64,000 bases of DNA from Eledone cirrhosa. Taxonomy: Eukaryota. Position numbers and translations under genes: made by a program. The notes beneath the pieces were generated by a model. That model searched no databases, had not been told where the DNA came from, and worked only from the letters and a program-made list of their open reading frames with translations. The DNA lies in NCBI GenBank assembly GCA_964016885.1, contig OZ024740.1, forward strand, positions 19,406,001-19,470,000, in the 5' to 3' direction. Below, piece after piece: positions 16,301 through 32,400 of the stretch. Position 1 is the stretch's first letter. Each line of letters begins with the position of its first letter.

Positions 16301-19300
16301 TTCTTTTCCAACTGTCCTAGCCTCACCAAAAACCTCTACCATGTTACCTTCTTTTTCAACTGACTTACTCTCACCTAAAACCTCTATGTTACCTTCTTTT
16401 TCAACCGACTTACTCTCACCTAAAACCTCTACCATGTTACCTTCTTTTTCAACTGACTTACTCTCACCTAAAACCTCTACCATGTTACCTTCTCTTTCAA
16501 CTGACTTACTCTCACCTAATACCTCTACCATGTTACCTTCTTTTTCAACTGACTTACTCTCACCTAAAACCTCTACCATGTTACCTTCTTTTTCAACTGA
16601 CTTACTCTCACCTAAAACCTCTACCATGTTACCTTCTTTTTCAACTGACTTACTCTCACCTAAAACCTCTACCATGTTACCTTCTTTTTCAACTGACTTA
16701 CTCTCACCTAAAACCTCTACCATGTTACCTTCTTTTTCAACTGACTTACTCTCACCTAAAACCTCTACCATGTTACCTTCTTTTTCAACTGACTTACTCT
16801 CACCTAAAACCTCTACCATGTTACCTTCTTTTTCAACTGACTTACTCTCACCTAAAACCTCTACCATGTTACCTTCTTTTCCAACTGTCTTACTCTTACC
16901 TAAAACCTCTACCATGTTACCTTCTTTTTCAACTGACTTACTCTCACCTAAAACCTCTACCATGTTACATTCTTTTCCAACTGACTTACTCTCACCTAAA
17001 ACCTCTACCATGTTACATTCTTTTTCAACTGACTTACTGTCACCTAAAACCTCTACCAAGTTAACTTCTTTTTCAACTGTCTTACTCTCACCTAAAACCT
17101 CTACCATGTTACCTTCTTTATCAACTGACTTACTCTCACCTAAAACCTCTACCATGTTACCTTCTTTTTCAACTGACTTACTCTCACCTAAAACCTCTGT
17201 GTTACCTTCTTTTTCAACCGACTTACTCTCACCTAAAACCTCGGCCATGTTACCTTCTTTTTCAACTGACTTACTCTCACCTAAGACCTCTACCATGTTA
17301 CCTTCTTTTTCAACTGACTTACTATCACCTAAAATCTCTACCATGTTACCTTCTTTTTCAACTGTCTTGCTCTCACCTAAAACCTCTACCATGTTACCTT
17401 CTTTTTTAACTGACTTACTCTCACCTAAAACCTCTACCATGTTACATTCTTTTTCAACTGACTTACTCTCACCTAAAACCTCTACCAAGTTAACTTCTTT
17501 TTCAACTGTCTTACTCTCACCTAAAACCTCTACCATGTTACATTCTTTTTCAACTGACTTACTCTCACCTAAAACCTCTACCATGTTACTTTCTTTTTCA
17601 ACTGACTTACTCTCACCTAAAACCTCTACCATGTTACCTTCTTTTTCAACTGTCTTAGCCTCACCTAAAACCTCTACCATGTTACCTTCTTTTTCAACTG
17701 ACTTACTCTCACCTAAAACCTCTATGTTACCTTCTTTTTCAACCGACTTACTATCACCTAAAACCTCTACCATGTTACCTTCTTTTTCAACTGACTTACT
17801 CTCACCTAAAACCTCTACCATGTTACCATCTTTTTCAACTGACTTACTCTCACCTAAAACCTCTACCATGTTACCTTCTTTTTCAACTGACTTACTCTCA
17901 CCTAAAACCTCTACCATGTTACCTTCTTTTTCAACTGACTTACTCTCACCTAAAACCTCTATGTTACCTTCTTTTTCAACCGACTTACTCTCACCTAAAA
18001 CCTCTACCATGATACCTTCTTTTTCAACTGACTTACTCTCACCTAAAACCTCTACCATGTTACCTTCTTTTTCAACTGACTTACTCTCACCTAAAACCTC
18101 TACCATGTTACCTTCTTTTTCAACTGACTTACTCTCACCTAAAACCTCTACCGTGATACCTTCTTTTTCAACTGACTTACTCTCACCTAAAACCTCTACC
18201 ATGTTACCTTCTTTTTCAACTGACTTACACTCACCTAAAACCTCTATGTTACCTTCTTTTTCAACCGACTTACTCTCACCTAAAACCTCTACCATGATAC
18301 CTTCTTTTTCAACTGACTTACTCTCACCTAAAACCTCTACCATGTTACCTTCTTTTTCAACTGACTTACTCTCACCTAACACCTCTACCATGTTACCTTC
18401 TTTTTCAACTGACTTACTCTCACCTAAAACCTCTACCATGATACCTTCTTTTTCAACTGACTTACTCTCACCTAAAACCTCTACCATGTTACCTTCTTTT
18501 TCAACTGACTTACTCTCACCTAAAACCTCTACCATGTTACCTTCTTTTTCAACTGACTTACTCTCACCTAAAACCTCTACCATGTTACCTTCTTTTTCAA
18601 CTGACTTACTCTCACCTAAAACCTCTGTGTTACCTTCTTTTTCAACCGACTTACTCTCACCTAAAACCTCGGCCATGTTACCTTCTTTTTCAACTGACTT
18701 ACTCTCACCTAAGACCTCTACCATGTTACCTTCTTTTTCAACTGACTTACTATCACCTAAAATCTCTACCATGTTACCTTCTTTTTCAACTGTCTTGCTC
18801 TCACCTAAAACCTCTACCATGTTACCTTCTTTTTTAACTGACTTACTCTCACCTAAAACCTCTACCATGTTACATTCTTTTTCAACTGACTTACTCTCAC
18901 CTAAAACCTCTACCATGTTACTTTCTTTTTCAACTGACTTACTCTCACCTAAAACCTCTACCATGTTACCTTCTTTTTCAACTGACTTACTCTCACCTAA
19001 AACCTCTATGTTACCTTCTTTTTCAACCGACTTACTCTCACCTAAAACCTCTACCATGTTACCTTCTTTTTCAACTGACTTACTCTCACCTAAAACCTCT
19101 ACCATGTTACCTTCTTTTTCAACTGACTTACTCTCACCTAAAACCTCTACCATGTTACCTTCTTTTTCAACTGACTTACTCTCACCTAAAACCTCTACCA
19201 TGATACCTTCTTTTTCAACTGACTTACTCTCACCTAAAACCTCTACCATGTTACCTTCTTTTTTAACTGACTTACTCTAACCTAAAACCTCTACCATGTT

Positions 19301-19560
19301 ACCTTCTTTTTCAACTGACTTACTCTAACCTAAAACCTCTACCATGTTACCTTCTTTTTCAACTGACTTACTCTCACCTAAAACCTCTATGTTACCTTCT
19401 TTTTTAACCGACTTACTCTCACCTAAAACCTCTACCATGTTACCTTCTTTTCCAACTGTCCTAGCCTCACCAAAAACCTCTACCATGTTACCTTCTTTTT
19501 CAACTGACTTACTCTCACCTAAAACCTCTATGTTACCTTCTTTTTCAACCGACTTACTCT
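13340..19560. repeat. ~3.1-kb higher-order tandem duplication within the satellite (boundaries approximate)
   Basis: The same rare variants recur at offsets of 3096-3144: ACCTTCTCTT at 13391/16487, TTTTCCAACTGTCTTACTCTTACC at 13781/16877, and stop-bearing units at 16136/19280. Confidence 0.85.
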
Positions 19561-22500
19561 CACCTAAAACCTCTACCATGTTACCTTCTTTTTCAACTGA
19601 CTTACTCTCACCTAAAACCTCTACCATGTTACCTTCTTTTTCAACTGACTTACTCTCACCTAAAACCTCTACCATGTTACCTTCTTTTTCAACTGACTTA
19701 CTCTCACCTAAAACCTCTACCATGTTACCTTCTTTTTCAACTGACTTACTCTCACCTAAAACCTCTGTGTTACCTTCTTTTTCAACCGACTTACTCTCAC
19801 CTAAAACCTCGGCCATGTTACCTTCTTTTTCAACTGACTTACTCTCACCTAAAACCTCTACCATCTTACCTTCATTTTCAACTGACTTACTCTCACCTAA
19901 GACCTCTACCATGTTACCTTCTTTTTCAACTGACTTACTATCACCTAAAATCTCTACCATGTTACCTTCTTTTTCAACTGTCTTACTCTCACCTAAAACC
20001 TCTACCATGTTACCTTCTTTTTTAACTGACTTACTCTCACCTAAAACCTCTACCATGTTACATTCTTTTTCAACTAACTTGCTCTCACCTAAAACCTCTA
20101 CCATGTTAACTTCTTTTTCAACTGTCTTACTCTCACCTAAAACCTCTACCATGTTACATTCTTTTTCAACTGACTTACTCTCACCTAAAACCTCTACCAT
20201 GTTACTTTCTTTTTCAACTGACTTACTCTCACCTAAAACCTCTACCATGTTACCTTCTTTTTCAACTGTCTTAGCCTCACCTAAAACCTCTACCATGTTA
20301 CCTTCTTTTTCAACTGACTTACTCTCACCTAAAACCTCTATGTTACCTTCTTTTTCAACCGACTTACTATCACCTAAAACCTCTACCATGTTACCTTCTT
20401 TTTCAACTGACTTACTCTCACCTAAAACCTCTACCATGTTACCATCTTTTTCAACTGACTTACTCTCACCTAAAACCTCTACCATGTTACCTTCTTTTTC
20501 AACTGACTTACTCTCACCTAAACCTCTACCATGTTACCTTCTTTTTCAACTGACTTACTCTCACCTAAAACCTCTATGTTACCTTCTTTTTCAACCGACT
20601 TACTCTCACCTAAAACCTCTACCATGATACCTTCTTTTTCAACTGACTTACTCTCACCTAAACCTCTACCATGTTACCTTCTTTTTCAACTGACTTACTC
20701 TCACCTAAAACCTCTATGTTACCTTCTTTTTCAACCGACTTACTCTCACCTAAAACCTCTACCATGATACCTTCTTTTTCAACTGACTTACCCTCACCTA
20801 AAACCTCTACCATGTTACCTTCTTTTTCAACTGTCCTAGCCTCACCTAAAACCTCTACCATGTTAAGTTCTTTTTCAACTGACTTACTCTCACCTAAAAA
20901 GTCTACCATGTTACCTTCTTTTTCAACTGACTTACACTCACCTAAAACCTCTATGTTACCTTCTTTTTCAACTGACTTACTCTCACCTAAAACCTCTACC
21001 ATGTTACCTTCTTTTTCAACCGACTTACTCTCACCTAATACCTCTACCATGTTACCTTCTTTTTCAACTGACTTACTCTCACCTAAAACCTCTACCATGT
21101 TACATTCTTTTTCAACTGACTTACTCTCACCTAAAACCTCTACCATGTTACCTTCTTTTTCAACTGACTTACTCTCACCTAAAACCTCTACCATGTTACC
21201 TTCTTTTTTAACTGACTTACTCTAACCTAAAACCTCTACCATGTTACCTTCTTTTTCAACTGACTTACTCTAACCTAAAACCTCTACCATGTTACCTTCT
21301 TTTTCAACTGACTTACTCTCACCTAAAACCTCTATGTTACCTTCTTTTTTAACCGACTTACTCTCACCTAAAACCTCTACCATGTTACCTTCTTTTCCAA
21401 CTGTCCTAGCCTCACCAAAAACCTCTACCATGTTACCTTCTTTTTCAACTGACTTACTTTCACCTAAAACTTTTACCATGTTACCTTCTTTTTCAACTGA
21501 CTTACTCTCATCTAAAACCTCTATGTTACCTTCTTTTTCAACCGACTTACTCTCACCTAAAACCTCTACCATGTTACATTCTTTTTCAACTGACTTACTC
21601 TCACCTAAAACCTCTACCATGTTACCTTCTTTTTCAACTGTCTTACTCTCACCTAAAACCTCTACCATGTTACATTCTTTTCCAACTGACTTACTCTCAC
21701 CTAAAACCTCTACCATGTTACTTTGTTTTTCAACTGACTTACTCTCACCTAAAACCTCTACCATGTTACCTTCTTTTTCAACTGACTTACTCTCACCTAA
21801 AACCTCTATGTTACCTTCTTTTTCAACCGACTTACTCTCACCTAAAACCTCTACCATGTTACCTTCTTTTTCAACTGACTTACTCTCACCTAAAACCTCT
21901 ACCATGTTACCTTCTTTTTCAACTGACTTACTCTCACCTAAAACCTCTACCATCTTACCTTCATTTTCAACTGACTTACTCTCACCTAAGACCTCTACCA
22001 TGTTACCTTCTTTTTCAACTGACTTACTATCACCTAAAATCTCTACCATGTTACCTTCTTTTTCAACTGTCTTACTCTCACCTAAAAGCTCTACCATGTT
22101 ACCTTCTTTTTTAACTGACTTACTCTCACCTAAAACCTCTACCATGTTACATTCTTTTTCAACTGACTTACTCTCACCTAAAACCTCTACCATGTTAACT
22201 TCTTTTTCAATTGTCTTACTCTCACCTAAAACCTCTACCATGTTACTTTCTTTTTCAACTGACTTACTCTCACCTAAAACCTCTACCATGTTACGTTCTT
22301 TTTCAACTGACTTACTCTCACCTAAAACCTCTATGTTACCTTCTTTTTCAACCGACTTACTCTCACCTAAAACCTCTACCATGATACCTTCTTTTTCAAC
22401 TGACTTACTCTCACCTAAAACCTCTACCATGTTACCTTCTTTTTCAACTGAGTTACTCTCACCTAAAACCTCTACCATGTTACCTTCTTTTTCAACTGAC

Positions 22501-22669
22501 TTACTCTCACCTAAAACCTCTACCATGTTACCTTCTTTTTCAACTGACTTACTCTCACCTAAAACCTCTACCATGATACCTTCTTTTTCAACTGACTTAC
22601 TCTCACCTAAAACCTCTATGTTACCTTCTTTTTCAACCGACTTACTATCACCTAAAACCTCTACCATGT

Positions 22670-25600
22670 TACCTTCTTTTTCAACTGACTTACTCTCACC
22701 TAAAACCTCTCCCATGTTACCATCTTTTTCAACTGACTTACTCTCACCTAAAACCTCTACCATGTTACCTTCTTTTTCAACTGACTTACTCTCACCTAAA
22801 ACCTCTACCATGTTACCATCTTTTTCAACTGACTTACTCTCACCTAAAACCTCTATGTTACCTTCTTTTTCAACCGACTTACTCTCACCTAAAACCTCTA
22901 CCATGATACCTTCTTTTTCAACTGACTTACTCTCACCTAAAACCTCTACCATGTTACCTTCTTTTTCAACTGACTTACTCTCACCTAAAACCTCTACCAT
23001 GTTATCTTCTTTTTCAACTGACTTACTCTCACCTAAAACCTCTACCATGATACCTTCTTTTTCAACTGACTTACTCTCACCTAAAACCTCTACCATGTTA
23101 CCTTCTTTTTCAACTGACTTACTCTCACCTAAAACCTCTATGTTACCTTCTTTTTCAACCGACTTACTCTCACCTAAAACCTCTACCATGATACCTTCTT
23201 TTTCAACTGACTTACTCTCACCTAAAACCTCTACCATGATACCTTCTTTTTCAACCGACTTACTCTCACCTAAAACCTCTACCATGATACCTTCTTTTTC
23301 AACTGACTTACTCTCACCTAAAACCTCTACCATGTTACCTTCTTTTTCAACTGACTTACTCTCACCTAAAACCTCTATGTTACCTTCTTTTTCAACCGAC
23401 TTACTCTCACCTAAAACCTCTACCATGTTACCTTCTTTTTCAACTGACTTACTCTCACCTAAAACCTCTACCATGTTACCTTCTTTTTCAACTGACTTAC
23501 TCTCACCTAAAACCTCTACCATGTTACCTTCTTTTTCAACTGACTTACTCTCACCTAAAACCTCTACCATGATACCTTCTTTTTCAACTGACTTACTCTC
23601 ACCTAAAACCTCTACCATGTTACCTTCTTTTTTAACTGACTTACTCTAACCTAAAACCTCTACCATGTTACCTTCTTTTTCAACTGACTTACTCTAACCT
23701 AAAACCTCTACCATGTTACCTTCTTTTTCAACTGACTTACTCTCACCTAAAACCTCTATGTTACCTTCTTTTTTAACCGACTTACTCTCACCTAAAACCT
23801 CTACCATGTTACCTTCTTTTCCAACTGTCCTAGCCTCACCAAAAACCTCTACCATGTTACCTTCTTTTTCAACTGACTTACTCTCACCTAAAACCTCTAT
23901 GTTACCTTCTTTTTCAACCGACTTACTCTCACCTAAAACCTCTACCATGTTACCTTCTTTTTCAACTGACTTACTCTCACCTAAAACCTCTACCATGTTA
24001 CCTTCTTTTTCAACTGACTTACTCTCACCTAAAACCTCTACCATGTTACCTTCTTTTTCAACTGACTTACTCTCACCTAAAACCTCTACCATGTTACCTT
24101 CTTTTTCAACTGACTTACTCTCACCTAAAACCTCTGTGTTACCTTCTTTTTCAACCGACTTACTCTCACCTAAAACCTCGGCCATGTTACCTTCTTTTTC
24201 AACTGACTTACTCTCACCTAAAACCTCTACCATCTTACCTTCATTTTCAACTGACTTACTCTCACCTAAGACCTCTACCATGTTACCTTCTTTTTCAACT
24301 GACTTACTATCACCTAAAATCTCTACCATGTTACCTTCTTTTTCAACTGTCTTACTCTCACCTAAAACCTCTACCATGTTACTTTCTTTTTTAACTGACT
24401 TACTCTCACCTAAAACCTCTACCATGTTACATTCTTTTTCAACTGACTTGCTCTCACCTAAAACCTCTACCATGTTAACTTCTTTTTCAACTGTCTTACT
24501 CTCACCTAAAACCTCTACCATGTTACATTCTTTTTCAACTGACTTACTCTCACCTAAAACCTCTACCATGTTACTTTCTTTTTCAACTGACTTACTCTCA
24601 CCTAAAACCTCTACCATGTTACCTTCTTTTTCAACTGTCTTAGCCTCACCTAAAACCTCTACCATGTTACCTTCTTTTTCAACTGACTTACTCTCACCTA
24701 AAACCTCTATGTTACCTTCTTTTTCAACCGACTTACTATCACCTAAAACCTCTACCATGTTACCTTCTTTTTCAACTGACTTACTCTCACCTAAAACCTC
24801 TACCATGTTACCATCTTTTTCAACTGACTTACTCTCACCTAAAACCTCTACCATGTTACCTTCTTTTTCAACTGACTTACTCTCACCTAAAACCTCTACC
24901 ATGTTACCTTCTTTTTCAACTGACTTACTCTCACCTAAAACCTCTATGTTACCTTCTTTTTCAACCGACTTACTCTCACCTAAAACCTCTACCATGATAC
25001 CTTCTTTTTCAACTGACTTACTCTCACCTAAAACATCTACCATGTTACCTTCTTTTTCAACTATCTTAGCCTCACCTAAAACCTCTACCATGTTACCTTC
25101 TTTTTCAACTGTCCTATCCTCACCTAAAACCTCTACCATGTTAAGTTCTTTTTCAACTGACTTACTCTCACCTAAAAAGTCTACCATGTTACCTTCTTTT
25201 TCAACTGACTTACACTCACCTAAAACCTCTATGTTACGTTCTTTTTCAACTGACTTACACTCACCTAAAACCTCTACCATGTTACCTTCTTTTTCAACTG
25301 ACTTACTCTCACCTAAAACCTCTACCATGTTACCTTCTTTTTTAACTGACTTACTCTAACCTAAAACCTCTACCATGTTACCTTCTTTTTCAACTGACTT
25401 ACTCTCACCTAAAACCTCTATGTTACCTTCTTTTTTAACCGACTTACTCTCACCTAAAACCTCTACCATGTTACCTTCTTTTCCAACTGTCCTAGCCTCA
25501 CCAGAAACCTCTACCATGTTACCTTCTTTTTCAACTGACTTACTCTCACCTAAAACCTCTATGTTACCTTCTTTTTCAACCGACTTACTCTCACCTAAAA

Positions 25601-28600
25601 CCTCTACCATGTTACCTTCTTTTTCAACTGACTTACTCTCACCTAAAACCTCTACCATGTTACCTTCTTTTTCAACTGACTTACTCTCACCTAAAACCTC
25701 TACCATGTTACCTTCTTTTTCAACTGACTTACTCTCACCTAAAACCTCTACCATGTTACCTTCTTTTTCAACTGACTTACTCTCACCTAAAACCTCTGTG
25801 TTACCTTCTTTTTCAACCGACTTACTCTTACCTAAAACCTCGGCCATGTTACCTTCTTTTTCAACTGACTTACTCTCACCTAAAACCTCTACCATGTTAC
25901 CTTCTTTTTCAACTGACTTACTCTCACCTAAGACCTCTACCATGTTACCTTCTTTTTCAACTGACTTACTCTCACCTAAAACCTCTATGTTACCTTCTTT
26001 TTCAACCGACTTACTCTCACCTAAAACCTCTACCATGTTACCTTCTTTTTCAACTGACTTACTCTCACCTAAAACCTCTCCCATGTTACCATCTTTTTCA
26101 ACTGACTTACTCTCACCTAAAACCTCTACCATGTTACCTTCTTTTTCAACTGACTTACTCTCACCTAAAACCTCTACCATGTTACCATCTTTTTCAACTG
26201 ACTTACTCTCACCTAAAACCTCTATGTTACCTTCTTTTTCAACCGACTTACTCTCACCTAAAACCTCTACCATGATACCTTCTTTTTCAACTGACTTACT
26301 CTCACCTAAAACCTCTACCATGTTACCTTCTTTTTCAACTGACTTACTCTCACCTAAAACCTCTACCATGTTATCTTCTTTTTCAACTGACTTACTCTCA
26401 CCTAAAACCTCTACCATGATACCTTCTTTTTCAACTGACTTACTCTCACCTAAAACCTCTACCATGTTACCTTCTTTTTCAACTGACTTACTCTCACCTA
26501 AAACCTCTATGTTACCTTCTTTTTCAACCGACTTACTCTCACCTAAAACCTCTACCATGATACCTTCTTTTTCAACTGACTTACTCTCACCTAAAACCTC
26601 TACCATGATACCTTCTTTTTCAACCGACTTACTCTCACCTAAAACCTCTACCATGATACCTTCTTTTTCAACTGACTTACTCTCACCTAAAACCTCTACC
26701 ATGTTACCTTCTTTTTCAACTGACTTACTCTCACCTAAAACCTCTATGTTACCTTCTTTTTCAACCGACTTACTCTCACCTAAAACCTCTACCATGTTAC
26801 CTTCTTTTTCAACTGACTTACTCTCACCTAAAACCTCTACCATGTTACCTTCTTTTTCAACTGACTTACTCTCACCTAAAACCTCTACCATGTTACCTTC
26901 TTTTTCAACTGACTTACTCTCACCTAAAACCTCTACCATGATACCTTCTTTTTCAACTGACTTACTCTCACCTAAAACCTCTACCATGTTACCTTCTTTT
27001 TTAACTGACTTACTCTAACCTAAAACCTCTACCATGTTACCTTCTTTTTCAACTGACTTACTCTAACCTAAAACCTCTACCATGTTACCTTCTTTTTCAA
27101 CTGACTTACTCTCACCTAAAACCTCTATGTTACCTTCTTTTTTAACCGACTTACTCTCACCTAAAACCTCTACCATGTTACCTTCTTTTCCAACTGTCCT
27201 AGCCTCACCAAAAACCTCTACCATGTTACCTTCTTTTTCAACTGACTTACTCTCACCTAAAACCTCTATGTTACCTTCTTTTTCAACCGACTTACTCTCA
27301 CCTAAAACCTCTACCATGTTACCTTCTTTTTCAACTGACTTACTCTCACCTAAAACCTCTACCATGTTACCTTCTTTTTCAACTGACTTACTCTCACCTA
27401 AAACCTCTACCATGTTACCTTCTTTTTCAACTGACTTACTCTCACCTAAAACCTCTACCATGTTACCTTCTTTTTCAACTGACTTACTCTCACCTAAAAC
27501 CTCTGTGTTACCTTCTTTTTCAACCGACTTACTCTCACCTAAAACCTCGGCCATGTTACCTTCTTTTTCAACTGACTTACTCTCACCTAAAACCTCTACC
27601 ATCTTACCTTCATTTTCAACTGACTTACTCTCACCTAAGACCTCTACCATGTTACCTTCTTTTTCAACTGACTTACTATCACCTAAAATCTCTACCATGT
27701 TACCTTCTTTTTCAACTGTCTTACTCTCACCTAAAACCTCTACCATGTTACTTTCTTTTTTAACTGACTTACTCTCACCTAAAACCTCTACCATGTTACA
27801 TTCTTTTTCAACTGACTTGCTCTCACCTAAAACCTCTACCATGTTAACTTCTTTTTCAACTGTCTTACTCTCACCTAAAACCTCTACCATGTTACATTCT
27901 TTTTCAACTGACTTACTCTCACCTAAAACCTCTACCATGTTACTTTCTTTTTCAACTGACTTACTCTCACCTAAAACCTCTACCATGTTACCTTCTTTTT
28001 CAACTGTCTTAGCCTCACCTAAAACCTCTACCATGTTACCTTCTTTTTCAACTGACTTACTCTCACCTAAAACCTCTATGTTACCTTCTTTTTCAACCGA
28101 CTTACTATCACCTAAAACCTCTACCATGTTACCTTCTTTTTCAACTGACTTACTCTCACCTAAAACCTCTACCATGTTACCATCTTTTTCAACTGACTTA
28201 CTCTCACCTAAAACCTCTACCATGTTACCTTCTTTTTCAACTGACTTACTCTCACCTAAAACCTCTACCATGTTACCTTCTTTTTCAACTGACTTACTCT
28301 CACCTAAAACCTCTATGTTACCTTCTTTTTCAACCGACTTACTCTCACCTAAAACCTCTACCATGATACCTTCTTTTTCAACTGACTTACTCTCACCTAA
28401 AACATCTACCATGTTACCTTCTTTTTCAACTATCTTAGCCTCACCTAAAACCTCTACCATGTTACCTTCTTTTTCAACTGTCCTATCCTCACCTAAAACC
28501 TCTACCATGTTAAGTTCTTTTTCAACTGACTTACTCTCACCTAAAAAGTCTACCATGTTACCTTCTTTTTCAACTGACTTACACTCACCTAAAACCTCTA

Positions 28601-29400
28601 TGTTACGTTCTTTTTCAACTGACTTACACTCACCTAAAACCTCTACCATGTTACCTTCTTTTTCAACTGACTTACTCTCACCTAAAACCTCTACCATGTT
28701 ACCTTCTTTTTTAACTGACTTACTCTAACCTAAAACCTCTACCATGTTACCTTCTTTTTCAACTGACTTACTCTCACCTAAAACCTCTATGTTACCTTCT
28801 TTTTTAACCGACTTACTCTCACCTAAAACCTCTACCATGTTACCTTCTTTTCCAACTGTCCTAGCCTCACCAGAAACCTCTACCATGTTACCTTCTTTTT
28901 CAACTGACTTACTCTCACCTAAAACCTCTATGTTACCTTCTTTTTCAACCGACTTACTCTCACCTAAAACCTCTACCATGTTACCTTCTTTTTCAACTGA
29001 CTTACTCTCACCTAAAACCTCTACCATGTTACCTTCTTTTTCAACTGACTTACTCTCACCTAAAACCTCTACCATGTTACCTTCTTTTTCAACTGACTTA
29101 CTCTCACCTAAAACCTCTACCATGTTACCTTCTTTTTCAACTGACTTACTCTCACCTAAAACCTCTGTGTTACCTTCTTTTTCAACCGACTTACTCTTAC
29201 CTAAAACCTCGGCCATGTTACCTTCTTTTTCAACTGACTTACTCTCACCTAAAACCTCTACCATGTTACCTTCTTTTTCAACTGACTTACTCTCACCTAA
29301 GACCTCTACCATGTTACCTTCTTTTTCAACTGACTTACTCTCACCTAAAACCTCTATGTTACCTTCTTTTTCAACCGACTTACTCTCACCTAAAACCTCT
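22670..29400. repeat. 3369-bp higher-order tandem duplication within the satellite (boundaries approximate)
   Basis: Variant CCCATG at 22711/26080, variant CCAGAAACC at 25501/28870, and ORF ends 23649/27018 and 25359/28728 are all offset by 3369. Confidence 0.9.
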
Positions 29401-32400
29401 ACCATGTTACCTTCTTTTTCAACTGACTTACTCTCACCTAAAACCTCTACCATGTTACCTTCTTTTTCAACTGACTTACTCTCACCTAAAACCTCTACCA
29501 TGTTACCTTCTTTTTCAACTGACTTACTCTCACCTAAAACCTCTACCATGTTACCTTCTTTTTCAACTGACTTACTCTCACCTAAAACCTCTGTGTTACC
29601 TTCTTTTTCAACCGACTTACTCTCACCTAAAACCTCGGCCATGTTACCTTCTTTTTCAACTGACTTACTCTCACCGAAAACCTCTACCATCTTACCTTCA
29701 TTTTCAACTGACTTACTCTCACCTAAGACCTCTACCATGTTACCTTCTTTTTCAACTGACTTACTATCACCTAAAATCTCTACCATGTTACCTTCTTTTT
29801 CAACTGTCTTACTCTCACCTAAAACCTCTACCATGTTACTTTCTTTTTTAACTGACTTACTCTCACCTAAAACCTCTACCATGTTACATTCTTTTTCAAC
29901 TGACTTGCTCTCACCTAAAACCTCTACCATGTTAACTTCTTTTTCAACTGTCTTACTCTCACCTAAAACCTCTACCATGTTACATTCTTTTTCAACTGAC
30001 TTACTCTCACCTAAAACCTCTACCATGTTACTTTCTTTTTCAACTGACTTACTCTCACCTAAAACCTCTACCATGTTACCTTCTTTTTCAACTGTCTTAG
30101 CCTCACCTAAAACCTCTACCATGTTACCTTCTTTTTCAACTGACTTACTCTCACCTAAAACCTCTATGTTACCTTCTTTTTCAACCGACTTACTATCACC
30201 TAAAACCTCTACCATGTTACCTTCTTTTTCAACTGACTTACTCTCACCTAAAACATCTACCATGTTACCATCTTTTTCAACTGACTTACTCTCACCTAAA
30301 ACCTCTACCATGTTACCTTCTTTTTCAACTGACTTACTCTCACCTAAAACCTCTACCATGTTACCTTCTTTTTCAACTGACTTACTCTCACCTAAAACCT
30401 CTATGTTACCTTCTTTTTCAACCGACTTACTCTCACCTAAAACCTCTACCATGATACCTTCTTTTTCAACTGACTTACTCTCACCTAAAACATCTACCAT
30501 GTTACCTTCTTTTTCAACTATCTTAGCCTCACCTAAAACCTCTACCATGTTACCTTCTTTTTCAACTGTCCTAGCCTCACCTAAAACCTCTACCATGTTA
30601 AGTTCTTTTTCAACTGACTTACTCTCACCTAAAAAGTCTACCATGTTACCTTCTTTTTCAACTGACTTACACTCACCTAAAACCTGTATGTTACGTTCTT
30701 TTTCAACTGACTTACACTCACCTAAAACCTCTACCAAGTTACCTTCTTTTTCAACTGACTTACTCTCACCTAAAACCTCTACCATGTTACCTTCTTTTTT
30801 AACTGACTTACTCTAACCTAAAACCTCTACCATGTTACCTTCTTTTTCAACTGACTTACTCTAACCTAAAACCTCTACCATGTTACCTTCTTTTTCAACT
30901 GACTTACTCTCACCTAAAACCTCTATGTTACCTTCTTTTTTAACCGACTTACTCTCACCTAAAACCTCTACCATGTTACCTTCTTTTCCAACTGTCCTAG
31001 CCTCACCAAAAACCTCTACCATGTTACCTTCTTTTTCAACTGACTTACTCTCACCTAAAACCTCTATGTTACCTTCTTTTTCAACCGACTTACTCTCACC
31101 TAAAACCTCTACCATGTTACCTTCTTTTTCAACTGACTTACTCTCACCTAAAACCTCTACCATGTTACCTTCTTTTTCAACTGACTTACTCTCACCTAAA
31201 ACCTCTACCATGTTACCTTCTTTTTCAACTGACTTACTCTCACCTAAAACCTCTACCATGTTACCTTCTTTTTCAACTGACTTACTCTCACCTAAAACCT
31301 CTGTGTTACCTTCTTTTTCAACCGACTTACTCTTACCTAAAACCTCGGCCATGTTACCTTCTTTTTCAACTGACTTACTCTCACCTAAAACCTCTACCAT
31401 GTTACCTTCTTTTTCAACTGACTTACTCTCACCTAAGACCTCTACCATGTTACCTTCTTTTTCAACTGACTTACTATCACCTAAAATCTCTACCATGTTA
31501 CCTTCTTTTTCAACTGTCTTACTCTCACCTAAAACCTCTACCATGTTACCTTCTTTTTTAACTGACTTACTCTCACCTAAAACCTCTACCATGTTACATT
31601 CTTTTTCAACTGACTTACTCTCACCTAAAACCTCTACCAAGTTAACTTCTTTTTCAACTGTCTTACTCTCACCTAAAACCTCTACCATGTTACATTCTTT
31701 TTCAACTGACTTACTCTCACCTAAAACCTCTACCATGTTACTTTCTTTTTCAACTGACTTACTCTCACCTAAAACCTCTACCATGTTACCTTCTTTTTCA
31801 ACTGTCTTAGCCTCACCTAAAACCTCTACCATGTTACCTTCTTTTTCAACTGACTTACTCTCACCTAAAACCTCTATGTTACCTTCTTTTTCAACCGACT
31901 AACTCTCACCTAAAACCTCTATGATACCTTCTTTTTCAACTGACTTACTCTCACCTAAATCATCTACCATGTTACCTTCTTTTTCAACTGTCCTAGCCTC
32001 ACATAAAACCTCTACCATGTTACCTTCTTTTTCAACTGAATTACTCTCACCTAAAAAGTCTACCATGTTACCTTCTTTTTCAACTGACTTACTCTCACCT
32101 AAAACCTCTATGATACCTTCTTTTTCAACTGACTTACTCTCACCTAAAACCTCTACCATGTTACCTTCTTTTTCAACCGACTTACTCTCACCTAATACCT
32201 CTACCATGTTACCTTCTTTTTCAACTGTCTTACTCTCACCTAAAACCTCTACCATGTTACCTTCTTTTTCAACTGACTTACTCTCACCTAAAAAGTCTAC
32301 CATGTTACCTTCTTTTTCAACTGACTTACTCTCACCTAAAACCTCTATGATACCTTCTTTTTCAACTGACTTACTCTCACCTAAAACCTCTACCATGTTA